A stretch of DNA of 64,000 nucleotides from Actinomycetes bacterium (GCA_029263055.1 JAJCYG010000002.1:21362-85361), one strand, 5' to 3'; shown: positions 1 to 9,126, counted from the stretch's first letter. Made by a program: numbers and translations. The notes: generated from the letters alone by a model not told the origin.

Positions 1-21
1 ATATTTGTTAGATTAATCTAA

Positions 22-672
22 ATGCGAAACCTAAAAGCCAAACAAGAAAAATTCAACAGAATCCTCCCTTTTTTACGCAAGCTCTATCCAGACATTCGAT
101 GCGAACTCGATTACGAAAATCCTATTCAACTTTTAGCGGCGGTTATTTTATCAGCTCAGTGCACAGATGTGCGGGTCAACATGGTCACCCCGGCATTATT
201 TAAAAAATACAAAACCGCTAAAGATTTTGCCAATGCCAAACCAGCTGAATTAGAAGCCATTATTCGATCGACTGGTTTTTACAAAAATAAAGCTAAAAAC
301 ATCATCGGCGCATTTCAAAATATTGATCAAAAATATAACGGTGAAGTGCCCAAAGAGATGGATCAGCTTGTGGCATTGTCTGGAGTGGGACGTAAAACAG
401 CCAACGTTGTTTTAGGTGTGGCTTACAGAATCTCGAGTGGAGTAGTAGTTGACACACATGTGAAACGAATCACCAATCGTTTTGGTCTTACTAAAGAACA
501 AGACCCTGTCAAAATAGAACAAGACTTAGTTAAAATTCTCCCCAAAGAAGAATGGATCGATTTCTCTCACCTGATTATCTTTCACGGTCGCCGTATGTGT
601 ATGGCCCGTAAACCCAACTGTCCTGAATGCCCTATTCAAAAAGAATGTGATTATTACCAGTCTATTTCTTAG
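22..672 (+). CDS. nth: Endonuclease III (DNA glycosylase/AP lyase)
   Basis: 216-aa ORF. It has a helix-hairpin-helix segment (LVALSGVGRKTANVVL), a VDTHVKR region, and the C-terminal 4Fe-4S ligand pattern CMARKPNCPECPIQKEC (C-x6-C-x2-C-x5-C). Confidence 0.9.
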   Translation: MRNLKAKQEKFNRILPFLRKLYPDIRCELDYENPIQLLAAVILSAQCTDVRVNMVTPALFKKYKTAKDFANAKPAELEAIIRSTGFYKNKAKNIIGAFQNIDQKYNGEVPKEMDQLVALSGVGRKTANVVLGVAYRISSGVVVDTHVKRITNRFGLTKEQDPVKIEQDLVKILPKEEWIDFSHLIIFHGRRMCMARKPNCPECPIQKECDYYQSIS

Positions 673-1633
673 TGCAGATAAATGGAGCGATCGCGTGGAG
701 TTCTTCGGTGGTACGTTCTTTGCCGTGGAGGAATTCGATTTCGGCATTGTCGGGAATATTTTTTGTGTATTGTTTGAAGTATTCTAGCATGTGGTTTTTG
801 TTTGTTTCGTTTAACTCACCTTGAAGAATGATATCTGGTCCTGTGAAGTTGACAGGGTGCAGGAGTGTTTCGTTTTCAGCGACGAGTTTGCTTAATTGTT
901 CGTTTTCTTTTTCGTCGCGTCCCACAATGACTTTTGTTTCTTCATCAATTCTAAAGTGACGGCCATTTCTTAAGAGTTGAAAGTCACGTGTGCCATATGT
1001 TTCTTGATGGGCAAACAGATCTTTAACTCGGTCACCAAAGTTTTTGTCGGTTAGCACGCATCCGTTAGAAGGGGTTGGGATTTCTTTAATGCCATAATGT
1101 TTGGCTAAAATGTGGAGTTCTTTTCTAGAGCGACCCGCAATTCCGTAAAGTTTTTCTCGGTCCACAATCCCTTCGAGTTCTGGTTTGGTTGCATCGAGAA
1201 GTTTGGCTGATAGGGGGCGCAGTAACAAGCCATCTAAATCACTTCCTCTTTCAACTACACCTAATTGGTGCTTGAGTTGTGAATTAGGGCGTTGGCCAAC
1301 CACTTCACCTGAAACAATAAAAGAAGCACCTACTTCTTTCATAAATTTTTTAGCTTTACTGAACATAAAAATACGGCAATCCACACATGGGTTCATGCTG
1401 CTTCCATAACCATGTTTGGGGTTGGCAATCACATCATAGTATTCATCTCCTTTGGAGATGAGGGTGACATTGATTCCTAATTCCCGACCCGCAGCAAACG
1501 CATCATCTTTACAGCATCCAAACACACTCTTGAAATTAAGGCCTTCAACTTCAATGCCTTGCTCGAGCATAATTTTAGCTGCTAAAACACTATCTAGTCC
1601 GCCTGAGAGAAGTAATACGCATTTTTTATTCAT
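662..1633 (-). CDS. PP-loop ATP pyrophosphatase, ThiI/MnmA-like (probable tRNA sulfurtransferase family)
   Basis: 323-aa ORF. N-terminal PP-loop LLLSGGLDS, an internal PCVDCRIFMF...FIVSGEVVGQRPNSQ block typical of this adenine-nucleotide alpha-hydrolase group. Its 3' end overlaps nth by 11 nt (convergent). Confidence 0.6.
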   Translation of the reverse strand: MNKKCVLLLSGGLDSVLAAKIMLEQGIEVEGLNFKSVFGCCKDDAFAAGRELGINVTLISKGDEYYDVIANPKHGYGSSMNPCVDCRIFMFSKAKKFMKEVGASFIVSGEVVGQRPNSQLKHQLGVVERGSDLDGLLLRPLSAKLLDATKPELEGIVDREKLYGIAGRSRKELHILAKHYGIKEIPTPSNGCVLTDKNFGDRVKDLFAHQETYGTRDFQLLRNGRHFRIDEETKVIVGRDEKENEQLSKLVAENETLLHPVNFTGPDIILQGELNETNKNHMLEYFKQYTKNIPDNAEIEFLHGKERTTEELHAIAPFICTKK

Positions 1634-1697
1634 AATAAGCCGGTATCATAAATGAACTTACAGAATATATCAAGAAAAACCCCTCTACCCAAAAACA

Positions 1698-1735
1698 AAA
1701 AGTAAACATCGGTACCCGGTACCGGCGTTTACTTT
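1698..1735. terminator. Palindromic hairpin, copy 1 (AAAGTAAACATCGGTACCCGGTACCGGCGTTTACTTT); probable bidirectional terminator
   Basis: Near-perfect palindrome with an A-run on the left and a T-run on the right. It lies about 90 nt downstream of the stop of the minus-strand small gene 1828-2100. A near-identical copy sits at 2353-2389. Confidence 0.55.
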
Positions 1736-1827
1736 TTTGATAAAAAGAAGGGGGTTTGACTCACGAGGTGCTGTGAGTTCCCCCTTCTTTAGTTCGAACA
1801 CTTCGGGAGGTGCTCCGAAGGCCCGAT

Positions 1828-2100
1828 TTAATAACAACGATACGATGATCTGTAGTAGGAGCGACGTGGGTAATATTCCCGGTAGTAGCCTCTACGAACA
1901 GGTCGATAGCTTCGTTCGTAATAAACAGGATAGGGCTCGTAATAAACGGTCGTATTATTGTAGCCACCGCTTACTGCGTGGATAATATCAGCCACACCAT
2001 GCAAGGTTCTGTAATCTGCCTTTGCTTCGGTGCTGCTCCCTAACACTGAGAATCCAATCACTGCGACCATTACTGCTACTGCACTCATTAGTTTTTTCAT
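1828..2100 (-). CDS. Small secreted Tyr/Arg-rich protein (hypothetical)
   Basis: I trimmed the start from the track's 2139 to ATG 2100, which has AAAGGAGG about 7 nt upstream. Canonical signal peptide MKKLMSAVAVMVAVIGFSVLGSSTEAKA|DY. The mature part is extremely Y/R-rich (VYYEPYPVYYERSYRPVRRGYYREYYPRRSYYRSSYRCY). Confidence 0.55.
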   Translation of the reverse strand: MKKLMSAVAVMVAVIGFSVLGSSTEAKADYRTLHGVADIIHAVSGGYNNTTVYYEPYPVYYERSYRPVRRGYYREYYPRRSYYRSSYRCY

Positions 2101-2352
2101 TTTACTGCCTCCTTTGGTATTCGAACTTGGTTTATCCAAAATTCTTTCTTCATACTGACTCTATAATGAGCAACCGCTATACCACTTTTGTAACTATCTT
2201 CAAACAGCTTGATTACAATTTTAGGTGTTTTTTGAGCCTTTAAAACCGCTTTATTTTGTTCCACTTTGTAGCACTTCATTGCTCTACACCGCCTCACATT
2301 AAAGTAGACGCTCCTTCTCCATATATATTCCCCAACCCCAAAGTTATCCACA

Positions 2353-2389
2353 AAAGTAAACAGCGGTACCGGGTACCGGTGTTTACTTT
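2353..2389. repeat. Palindromic hairpin, copy 2 (AAAGTAAACAGCGGTACCGGGTACCGGTGTTTACTTT)
   Basis: Its reverse complement differs from copy 1 (1698-1735) at only a few positions. Together the two copies bracket a roughly 620-bp segment holding the Tyr/Arg-rich gene. This copy lies 22 nt upstream of the prmA ATG. Confidence 0.5.
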
Positions 2390-2410
2390 GGGTTTGCTAT
2401 AGTGGGATTT

Positions 2411-3301
2411 ATGGCGAAATGGATTGAGTTGAAATTAGTGGTGAGTGATGAGATGGAGGAGGCGCTGAAGGCGTTTGCTCAGGAGAAGGAGTGGGCTTTT
2501 TTTACTCGGATTTGGCCTGAAAAGCGGGTTTCGGAATTGCTGGTCTACTTTAAAAGAAGGGCTGCGGCCGATAAGGTAAAAAAAGAGCTTCTCTTCTTTA
2601 TAAAGGAAGCAAAGAGTTGGGGGCTTAAGCCAGGTAAGCCTCATTGGCGAATCAGTCAAAAAGAGGAAAAAGATTGGTTTCGTAAATCACTTGAAGAGTT
2701 TGTTCCCAAAAAAATTTCGCGTCATTTTGTGGTAAAACCGACTTGGCAAAAGTATGAAGCACGGCCATGGGAAAAAGTCATTGAGATTGATCCGCAAATG
2801 GCGTTTGGAACCGGGCATCATTTTACCACTCGATTTTGTTTGCAAATGTTAGACAAGTGGGGCGGCGACGCGCAATCTGTTTTAGACATGGGATGTGGAA
2901 CAGGAATCTTATCGATTGGCGCGGCAAAGTTAGGCGCAAGCAAAATTGAAGGTTTTGACAATGACCCTATTGCCATTAAAACAGCAAAGCACAACTCCAA
3001 GGTAAATTCAACGCAGCGACAAATTAAATTTCAAACCTTAGACTTAAACAAATACAAAGCCAAAAAAGTTGATTTGGTTTTCGCTAATATTATTAGTGGT
3101 GTTTTATTGAAATACCGTCGGAAAGTACTTGCCTCAGTCAAGAAAGAGGGAGTTCTCTTTATAACAGGAATTACTCGAGATGAGAGTCGTTCTTTTATAA
3201 AAGAATTTTTAGAAGAAGGATTTCAAGTTATAGACCAAAAAAAGTCAAAACTTTGGTCAGGCTTTGTTGTAAAAAGAAAAAGCGTTCCCAACGATAATTG
3301 A
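2411..3301 (+). CDS. prmA: Ribosomal protein L11 methyltransferase
   Basis: ATG 2411 gives MAKWIELKLVV, the typical PrmA N-terminus (the track starts at GTG 2402). Motifs: IDPQMAFGTGHHFTT and the SAM-binding VLDMGCGTGILSI, then GFDNDP. Confidence 0.85.
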   Translation: MAKWIELKLVVSDEMEEALKAFAQEKEWAFFTRIWPEKRVSELLVYFKRRAAADKVKKELLFFIKEAKSWGLKPGKPHWRISQKEEKDWFRKSLEEFVPKKISRHFVVKPTWQKYEARPWEKVIEIDPQMAFGTGHHFTTRFCLQMLDKWGGDAQSVLDMGCGTGILSIGAAKLGASKIEGFDNDPIAIKTAKHNSKVNSTQRQIKFQTLDLNKYKAKKVDLVFANIISGVLLKYRRKVLASVKKEGVLFITGITRDESRSFIKEFLEEGFQVIDQKKSKLWSGFVVKRKSVPNDN

Positions 3302-3551
3302 GTTCATAGCATAAGTCTACAATCGCATCAGTCAGTTCTTCATATTCTTCCATCTCATCAAAGTTTTTTAGCCAAACAGCATCTATTATAACTCTTTTTC
3401 TTTGGTCTGGAGTGAGAGGCCAGTTTTTTGAGACAATTTTTTTCATGCCTAAGCATTCATTTTTAAAATCATTAAAACCAAGGCCAAATAGTTCAATGGT
3501 TTCATCGATTTGCTTTAAGATCTGTTTTTGGGTTTTAGGTAGTTTGAACAT
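3228..3551 (-). CDS. Hypothetical protein downstream of cysH
   Basis: 107-aa ORF beginning 8 nt after the cysH stop on the same strand. No recognisable motif. Its 3' end overlaps the prmA 3' end by 74 nt. Confidence 0.4.
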   Translation of the reverse strand: MFKLPKTQKQILKQIDETIELFGLGFNDFKNECLGMKKIVSKNWPLTPDQRKRVIIDAVWLKNFDEMEEYEELTDAIVDLCYELNYRWERFFFLQQSLTKVLTFFGL

Positions 3552-3558
3552 GAGGAGA

Positions 3559-4251
3559 CTATTTTTTTCTAACGTGAATACCGCATTCGGTTTTTTCAGA
3601 ACTGTCCCAGCGGCCTGCTCGAGGGTCTTCTCCTGGTTTGACTGCGCGGGTACAAGGCTGACATCCTATTGAAAGAAATCCTTTTGATTTTAAAGGATGA
3701 ACAGGTAAATCATTTTCTTTGATGTAATGGGCCACATCGTCTTTGTTCCAATCTGCAATCGGATTGAATTTGTAAATACCTGGCATATAATCTTCAACAT
3801 ATTTGATGTCTGCTCGAGTTTTGGCTTGTCCACGGCGAATCCCTGAAAACCACGCATCAACTTTGCTTAAAGCTTCTTCTAAAGGTTTGACTTTATTAAT
3901 GTAGCAGCACTTTTCTGGATCAGACTGATGGAGTTCTCCATATTTTTCTAAGAACTTTTCGTGTCCCATATCAGCGGTTAAATCAACCACGTTTAGTTTG
4001 TATTTTTCTACCATCTGGTCGCGAAAGTCTAAAGTCTCTTTAAAGTGAAAGCCCGTTTCTAAAAAAAAGACTTTAATGCCAGGATGAACTGAATTGGTTA
4101 AATGGAGCATGACAGAGGCATCTGCTCCAAAGGAAGAGGTTGTGGCAATATTGGGGGCAAAGCGATCAACTGCCCACTGAATCCGTTCTTGTGGGGACTT
4201 GGCTTCTAATTCTTTATTTAAGGTATCTAAATTTAATTTTTCTGAGCTCAA
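3559..4251 (-). CDS. cysH: Adenylylsulfate/phosphoadenylylsulfate reductase (thioredoxin-dependent, Fe-S type)
   Basis: 230 aa. It carries the C-terminal catalytic ECGIH motif. The Cys pairs KCCY and SIGCQPCT are characteristic of the 4Fe-4S-containing, APS-preferring CysH subgroup. Confidence 0.85.
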   Translation of the reverse strand: MSSEKLNLDTLNKELEAKSPQERIQWAVDRFAPNIATTSSFGADASVMLHLTNSVHPGIKVFFLETGFHFKETLDFRDQMVEKYKLNVVDLTADMGHEKFLEKYGELHQSDPEKCCYINKVKPLEEALSKVDAWFSGIRRGQAKTRADIKYVEDYMPGIYKFNPIADWNKDDVAHYIKENDLPVHPLKSKGFLSIGCQPCTRAVKPGEDPRAGRWDSSEKTECGIHVRKK

Positions 4252-4317
4252 GGTTTTCTCCTAAGATTTTAAATAGAATACCAAAAAGTCTTATTTGTTT
4301 CTATAGCCAGATTCTTG

Positions 4318-5874
4318 CTAGCGCTGAGTGAATTCTAAGATAAAGGCTTTTCTGAAGGGGTGAATAGCCACTAACTGGTGTGTTGTGCTTAAGGCAAAAT
4401 AGAGTGGTTCATTAATAAAGTTAGCCTTTTTTTCAAAAACAAAATGTGGCCATCGATTGGAGCAGACCCAGATGCGATCATTGTTATTTAAATTTGAAAT
4501 CCAGTTAAATGTTTCGTTTTCAATGGTCTCTTTATTTTTTAAATATTTTGGATAATCATAATAACCTAATGTTTTTTCAACATCTGAAGGGTGATGTTTA
4601 ATTTGAAAATGTTTAAAACGTTCTTTTAAATAGTATTCAATAGGAAGTCTAGTGAGCCCTGTGAAAACAATAAGGTCGTTTGGATTTGCTTTTTCTTTTA
4701 ACAGTTGAGCCATTTTTTGATTTTCACTTCGAGGCGAGCGTTTAAAATAGAAGCCATATAAATTAAAGGTTGAGAGTAGAATAAAAAGAGAAAGAACGAC
4801 GCTGAATATTTTTTTAGGCATATTGTTTAAACCAACGGCAATTAATAAGCAAAACCCTCCAAAGACAATAAAGTCGTATCGGCCACAAATATAAAGAGGG
4901 CGAACAAACGAAATAAAGTAGGGGATAAGCAAGGGAATAAATGTATAACAAAGTAAAAGTATAAGAGGTCGTTTTTTCTTTTTTTCTAATGTTTTAAATT
5001 TTTTTAAAGAGGTTGTGGCATAAAAAAGTATAACAATTAGAAGAGCAACAGGAATGAGTCGACCATATTCAATCTTTCCAAACGTTAAAAATTGTCCTCC
5101 CATAAAAAATATTTCAAATGTTTTAAGAAAAACGAATTTGATATTGAGTTGGTCTAAAAAATAAGGGATCCAAGAACTAGAGCCTGAAGTGGCTTGTTTA
5201 AAGAGTAATGGAATAAAGGGAATGTAAAAAAGAAAAACAATAAAATGAGAGAGCATTATTTTGGGGATCAAATTCCATCGGTTACGATGAAAGATTAAAT
5301 AAGCATAAGGGACTGGAAGTAAAAAAAGGGCCCAGTTGTGGCAGTAAAGTAAGAGGATTGATGTGAAGGTGTATGCAAAAAAATAGAGTTTAGATGAATT
5401 TGATTTTAGGTGTTGAAATAAAAAATGGGCAGAGGCTAAGCTTAAGAACATGAGCAGGGCATAAGCTCGGGCTTGCTGTGAATAAAAAATATGAAGTGCA
5501 TTAATAGAACCGACAAAAGCAGCTAAAAGGCCTACCCGACGATTGAACCAACTTTTTCCAACAAAATAAAGTAGTGCAACAAAAGCAACTCCAAATAGTA
5601 GAGAGAAAACCCTCAGGTAAAAAACGCTCTCTCCAAAAGTTTTCATCCAATAGTGAAGTAGAAAATTATAAAGAGGGGGACTGCCTAAGCCAGGAAGTTC
5701 TTGAAAGAATTTTTCTGCAGACCAGCCTGAAATAATTGCAGAGTAAGCTTCGTCCATCCAAAGTTGATCTTTGTCGAGGTAAAAGAGTCTAAGCGCAAAA
5801 GCAGTTAGAACAATTATTAAAAGAAGAAAAGAAATCAATGTTGTCTGCTTTAGCGAATTATCTTGAGAATTCAT
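4318..5874 (-). CDS. Polytopic membrane glycosyltransferase, GT39/GT83 (ArnT/PMT-like)
   Basis: 518 aa with many hydrophobic segments. The N-terminal loop LWMDEAYS (DE motif after TM1) is typical of ArnT/PMT_2-type lipid-linked-sugar transferases. Confidence 0.7.
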   Translation of the reverse strand: MNSQDNSLKQTTLISFLLLIIVLTAFALRLFYLDKDQLWMDEAYSAIISGWSAEKFFQELPGLGSPPLYNFLLHYWMKTFGESVFYLRVFSLLFGVAFVALLYFVGKSWFNRRVGLLAAFVGSINALHIFYSQQARAYALLMFLSLASAHFLFQHLKSNSSKLYFFAYTFTSILLLYCHNWALFLLPVPYAYLIFHRNRWNLIPKIMLSHFIVFLFYIPFIPLLFKQATSGSSSWIPYFLDQLNIKFVFLKTFEIFFMGGQFLTFGKIEYGRLIPVALLIVILFYATTSLKKFKTLEKKKKRPLILLLCYTFIPLLIPYFISFVRPLYICGRYDFIVFGGFCLLIAVGLNNMPKKIFSVVLSLFILLSTFNLYGFYFKRSPRSENQKMAQLLKEKANPNDLIVFTGLTRLPIEYYLKERFKHFQIKHHPSDVEKTLGYYDYPKYLKNKETIENETFNWISNLNNNDRIWVCSNRWPHFVFEKKANFINEPLYFALSTTHQLVAIHPFRKAFILEFTQR

Positions 5875-5908
5875 ATCCTAGAAATATAGCAAATAAAATA
5901 GAAAGTTG

Positions 5909-5937
5909 TTGACCCCTTTAATTTTCGTTGTTAATTT
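5909..5937 (+). promoter_or_regulatory. Candidate sigma70-type promoter (TTGACC-17 nt-TAATTT)
   Basis: Hexamers and spacing read directly from the sequence, about 70 nt upstream of ATG 6006. Confidence 0.3.
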
Positions 5938-6005
5938 CGAAAACAGCTTTGCCTTAAGTGTATGTCGTTGTTTTACTTTTTAACCTGCTAACGATTGAGG
6001 TTCCA

Positions 6006-8306
6006 ATGAAACGAAGCTGTTTTCCTCGCTGGTCTGTCCTGTTAATCACTCTTCTAACTTTTTCACCCTTGAATATACCGATTCTGTCGCAAAACTATTT
6101 AGCTCCGACCCGTTCTGGAGTCAATATTGTTTATGAAAAACTACAAGTAGGGTCTGTTTATTCTGCTTCTGCTTCAGTTGATGAAAATCGACAAAATGGG
6201 TATGCAGGTTTTTCTTTAGATCATAATTGGCCACATTTAAACAAAGAACTTACAACCGCTTTATTTGGTGGTAGCTATGGAATAGATGGTGTGATCCTTC
6301 ACGGTATGCATACCTCTTCATTGAGCTTAGATGCTTTGGCTGAACAGTTGAGTTTAAATGTGAATACAGACTATAAAGTTGTTTCTGAAGAATCAAAATA
6401 TAAGTTTCCTGTGGCCGTTGGAGAGAAAATAGATTTTCAGATGACAGTTCTTAAGATTGATGATGCAGGGATTGCTACTGTTGAAATTATTGGAAAAAAT
6501 TCAGCGGATAAAGTTGTTTTAAAGCAGACTGTTAAGCTCGCTGAATCAGGAGGAACGTCTACAGAATTAGAAGCAGCAGTTGCTTCTAAAGAACCGCCTT
6601 CGAGTTCTTATCTAAGTGAGGTATATCCTTCTTTAGAACCGTTTAAACGAGAAGCACCACCTGTTTATCTTCAAGGAAAAAATCTTTCTTTTCAGTGGAA
6701 CAATGACAGGGCAATTGCTGACTTAAGAGCTCTTTTTTCAGACTCAAAATTTAGCGATGTCAAATTAGCTAAAGCCATTACAACTTATGTGGCAGCTAAA
6801 ATGTTTCCCAGCAATTTGTTTGCGATCTCACGCATTACTGAGATCGATCAAGATATTTCTTTAGAAGGTCCTTTTACCATTGAAGCTGAGGTAGAGAGTT
6901 TTGGAAAAGAGGGTAAGCAGCGAGGGAGAAGTTTGACTCGACTTAAGGTTAAAGATAAAGAAGGAGCTCTTTTGTTTCAAGCAGAAATTGGAATGTCTGC
7001 TTTTACATATACCCGTGATGAATTAAAAGCATTATCAAGAAGTAGAGATCCTGAAACAAACTTAGCTTCAATCATCCGTGGTAAAAATCAATTTGAACTT
7101 GAAATGATTTTTGATGCTATTTTAAAAGCAGATATCTCTGGAGTTGAATTTATTGATGAGTACCATAAAGCGATTGCGGAAGATCCTGGAAAGACTTTAG
7201 ATGCAGCAAAAGCTCTCTTGGCAGAAAAAGAATTAAAAGTGGCTGTTGTGGGTGTTGGCGGTATTGGTGGAGGTGTGGCTGAAGCATTGGGGCAAATACC
7301 AGGAGTTAAGTTGACTGTGATTACTCGCAGTGATGCAGGTGCTACACGACTTCGTGAAAAATTTGCTAATGCTGGGATTACAGAGTACGAAGAAGTTCGT
7401 TTGCGACCAGCTGCGACTGTTTTTGAGCCGTTAAAAGAGGTGATTGATAGTCTTTACCTAAGAATTGATGCGTTTCGAAGACTTTCTGAGTCATTACCTA
7501 CTTTGAAATCAATGATGGAATTGATTCGAGGTAAAGCAAACGAAAGAGAATTAAATACTGAAAGTTATGTAAAAGCTGTTTTTGAAGCCAAAGAAAAAAT
7601 GGAGGGACTAGATGTACTCTTTATTGGAACTGGAAAAACAGATAACAAAGATACTCTTTTACCGCGTAAATGGGAAACACCTGAAGATATTGTGAAACAT
7701 TTAAAGGTTTCGGGTGATATCACAAATGTGAATCAACGTTATGTTGAAGCAGCCTTTACTGCGGCGGCTGCAAACCGTGCCAACAAAATATTTGTGGTTG
7801 GTTCCGTGCATGGAAAGCATATGGGGAATGCTTTTGTGGCTGCTTATTCTCGGAGTAAAGCTTCCAATGCTCGACTTGCAGAGACTTGGCCTCTAGCTGG
7901 TGCGGCTGACCCTGAATCAATGGGAATTTCTCTTGAAGGGGATTATATTTTGAGTCGGATGACTGCAGGAGTGGCTATGGCTGTTTTGCGTGGAACCAAA
8001 CTCGGCTTTTTTATGACGCCTAAACAGGTGGCTGAAGCTGCGACTTGGTTGATTGCTTATCACCATCATGAAGAGTTAGGATACATGGCAAAGCATCGTA
8101 AAAAAGAAGGTGTGATGATTCCAGATACATCAACAGCCGTTGCTTCAGGTGCGCATCAAGTGGCTGTGCCGGGTGATGCAAGTGTGGCGTTGATTAAAGC
8201 AAAAACAGCACCCACGAAAAAGTTGACGCCTAAGTCTGCTCCAAAAATTGAAACACAATTAAGTGGTGGATTAAGTGCTGCCGCTTTAGTTGGAGCAGCG
8301 ATCTAA
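6006..8306 (+). CDS. Leader-tagged fusion: double MaoC-type hot-dog (enoyl-CoA hydratase/dehydratase) + SDR oxidoreductase
   Basis: I moved the start to ATG 6006 (GAGG 6 nt upstream; the track starts at 5958). Hot-dog 1 is GYAGFSLDHNWPHLN...ILHGMHTSS (around nt 6150-6540). Hot-dog 2 lies around 6600-7010. The SDR Rossmann motif VAVVGVGGIGGG is near nt 7249 and the catalytic YSRSK (YxxxK) near nt 7846. Leader ...LNIPILSQNYLAPTRS; C-terminus ...LVGAAI. Confidence 0.75.
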   Translation: MKRSCFPRWSVLLITLLTFSPLNIPILSQNYLAPTRSGVNIVYEKLQVGSVYSASASVDENRQNGYAGFSLDHNWPHLNKELTTALFGGSYGIDGVILHGMHTSSLSLDALAEQLSLNVNTDYKVVSEESKYKFPVAVGEKIDFQMTVLKIDDAGIATVEIIGKNSADKVVLKQTVKLAESGGTSTELEAAVASKEPPSSSYLSEVYPSLEPFKREAPPVYLQGKNLSFQWNNDRAIADLRALFSDSKFSDVKLAKAITTYVAAKMFPSNLFAISRITEIDQDISLEGPFTIEAEVESFGKEGKQRGRSLTRLKVKDKEGALLFQAEIGMSAFTYTRDELKALSRSRDPETNLASIIRGKNQFELEMIFDAILKADISGVEFIDEYHKAIAEDPGKTLDAAKALLAEKELKVAVVGVGGIGGGVAEALGQIPGVKLTVITRSDAGATRLREKFANAGITEYEEVRLRPAATVFEPLKEVIDSLYLRIDAFRRLSESLPTLKSMMELIRGKANERELNTESYVKAVFEAKEKMEGLDVLFIGTGKTDNKDTLLPRKWETPEDIVKHLKVSGDITNVNQRYVEAAFTAAAANRANKIFVVGSVHGKHMGNAFVAAYSRSKASNARLAETWPLAGAADPESMGISLEGDYILSRMTAGVAMAVLRGTKLGFFMTPKQVAEAATWLIAYHHHEELGYMAKHRKKEGVMIPDTSTAVASGAHQVAVPGDASVALIKAKTAPTKKLTPKSAPKIETQLSGGLSAAALVGAAI

Positions 8307-8307
8307 A

Positions 8308-9126
8308 TTAAAGTGTGGTTTGGGCTGCCCTTAGGGCAGCCAGGCCTGCTTCAATTTTGCGGTCTAATTCTTTTTGATGAGCTTGATAAGCTAACTCTTC
8401 CTGACGTGCTTTTTCTGATTCTATTTCTGCTGCTTGATCTAATTCCTCTTGAACGCTGTACCAATCTTCTAGTGTGAATGGCTGCGCTCCATCTTTCCAT
8501 GCTTCGAGTTCAGGAATAAAAAATTGGGGTGCTTCTTGTTCCAGTTTTAGGAGCAACCAAACAGAAAAAGTGGTTTGCATTTCTTCGAGTTCTTCAACAG
8601 TTACTTCTAATTCTTCGATGATTGCTGTTGCAGTGAGTGGCGTTCTTGTTTCAGTTTTTCTGTTTTTGGCTTGAGCTAATTTTATTTTTAATTGAGAGCT
8701 ATGTTTGGCAATAATCTGCCATGCTGTGATCACTTGCATCATATCTGGATCTTCTTTTTCTTCTCTTAATTTTCGAGCTAATGCACCTACGGCATAACTT
8801 TGATCTGCTCCATCTCGAACTAAATCTTCTTCTGTCCAGCCCCAATCCTCTAATACGAGGTGGGCGATATCTTCGCGATTTGAAGGGGGAATAGAAGGGC
8901 GAACTTGAAGGGAGTCTGTTAGGGCTCTTTGCTCATCTATTTCAGCAAGCATTTCTTGGGTTATCCATGGGTTATTAAACTCTCCTTCCTTTATAAGGGC
9001 CTTTTTATGTAGTTTGATGAATTCTGATGTGGCTGCGAGGTAGTTTTTGCTGTTTTGTTGTTTGTAAGAGGGTAAGTTTATGCTGCTAATAAAGATAATT
9101 AAAATAGTTAATAATTTTTGACCCAT
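8308..9126 (-). CDS. Leader-tagged acidic coiled-coil protein (hypothetical)
   Basis: 272 aa. N-terminus MGQKLLTILIIFISSINLPSYKQQNSKNYLAATSE matches the leader of the neighbouring giant genes. The protein is Glu/Asp-rich and helical, and ends ...AAQTTL. It is transcribed divergently from 9353. Confidence 0.6.
   Translation of the reverse strand: MGQKLLTILIIFISSINLPSYKQQNSKNYLAATSEFIKLHKKALIKEGEFNNPWITQEMLAEIDEQRALTDSLQVRPSIPPSNREDIAHLVLEDWGWTEEDLVRDGADQSYAVGALARKLREEKEDPDMMQVITAWQIIAKHSSQLKIKLAQAKNRKTETRTPLTATAIIEELEVTVEELEEMQTTFSVWLLLKLEQEAPQFFIPELEAWKDGAQPFTLEDWYSVQEELDQAAEIESEKARQEELAYQAHQKELDRKIEAGLAALRAAQTTL

Noticed and set aside
2097-2351. 84-aa minus-strand ORF upstream of the Tyr/Arg-rich gene (also 1737-1985 plus, 2022-2243 plus, 1761-1967 minus)
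   Set aside because: There is no RBS and the composition is basic and odd. The ORF overlaps the RBS and start of the better-supported 1828-2100 gene or its antisense, so it is more likely promoter or 5'-UTR sequence.
5958-6005. Upstream alternative starts given by the ORF track (5958, 13201, 40934, 44317, 55433, 2402, 2139)
   Set aside because: In each case an in-frame ATG slightly downstream has a properly spaced Shine-Dalgarno sequence and yields a more typical N-terminus. The track simply takes the first possible start. The true starts remain unverified.
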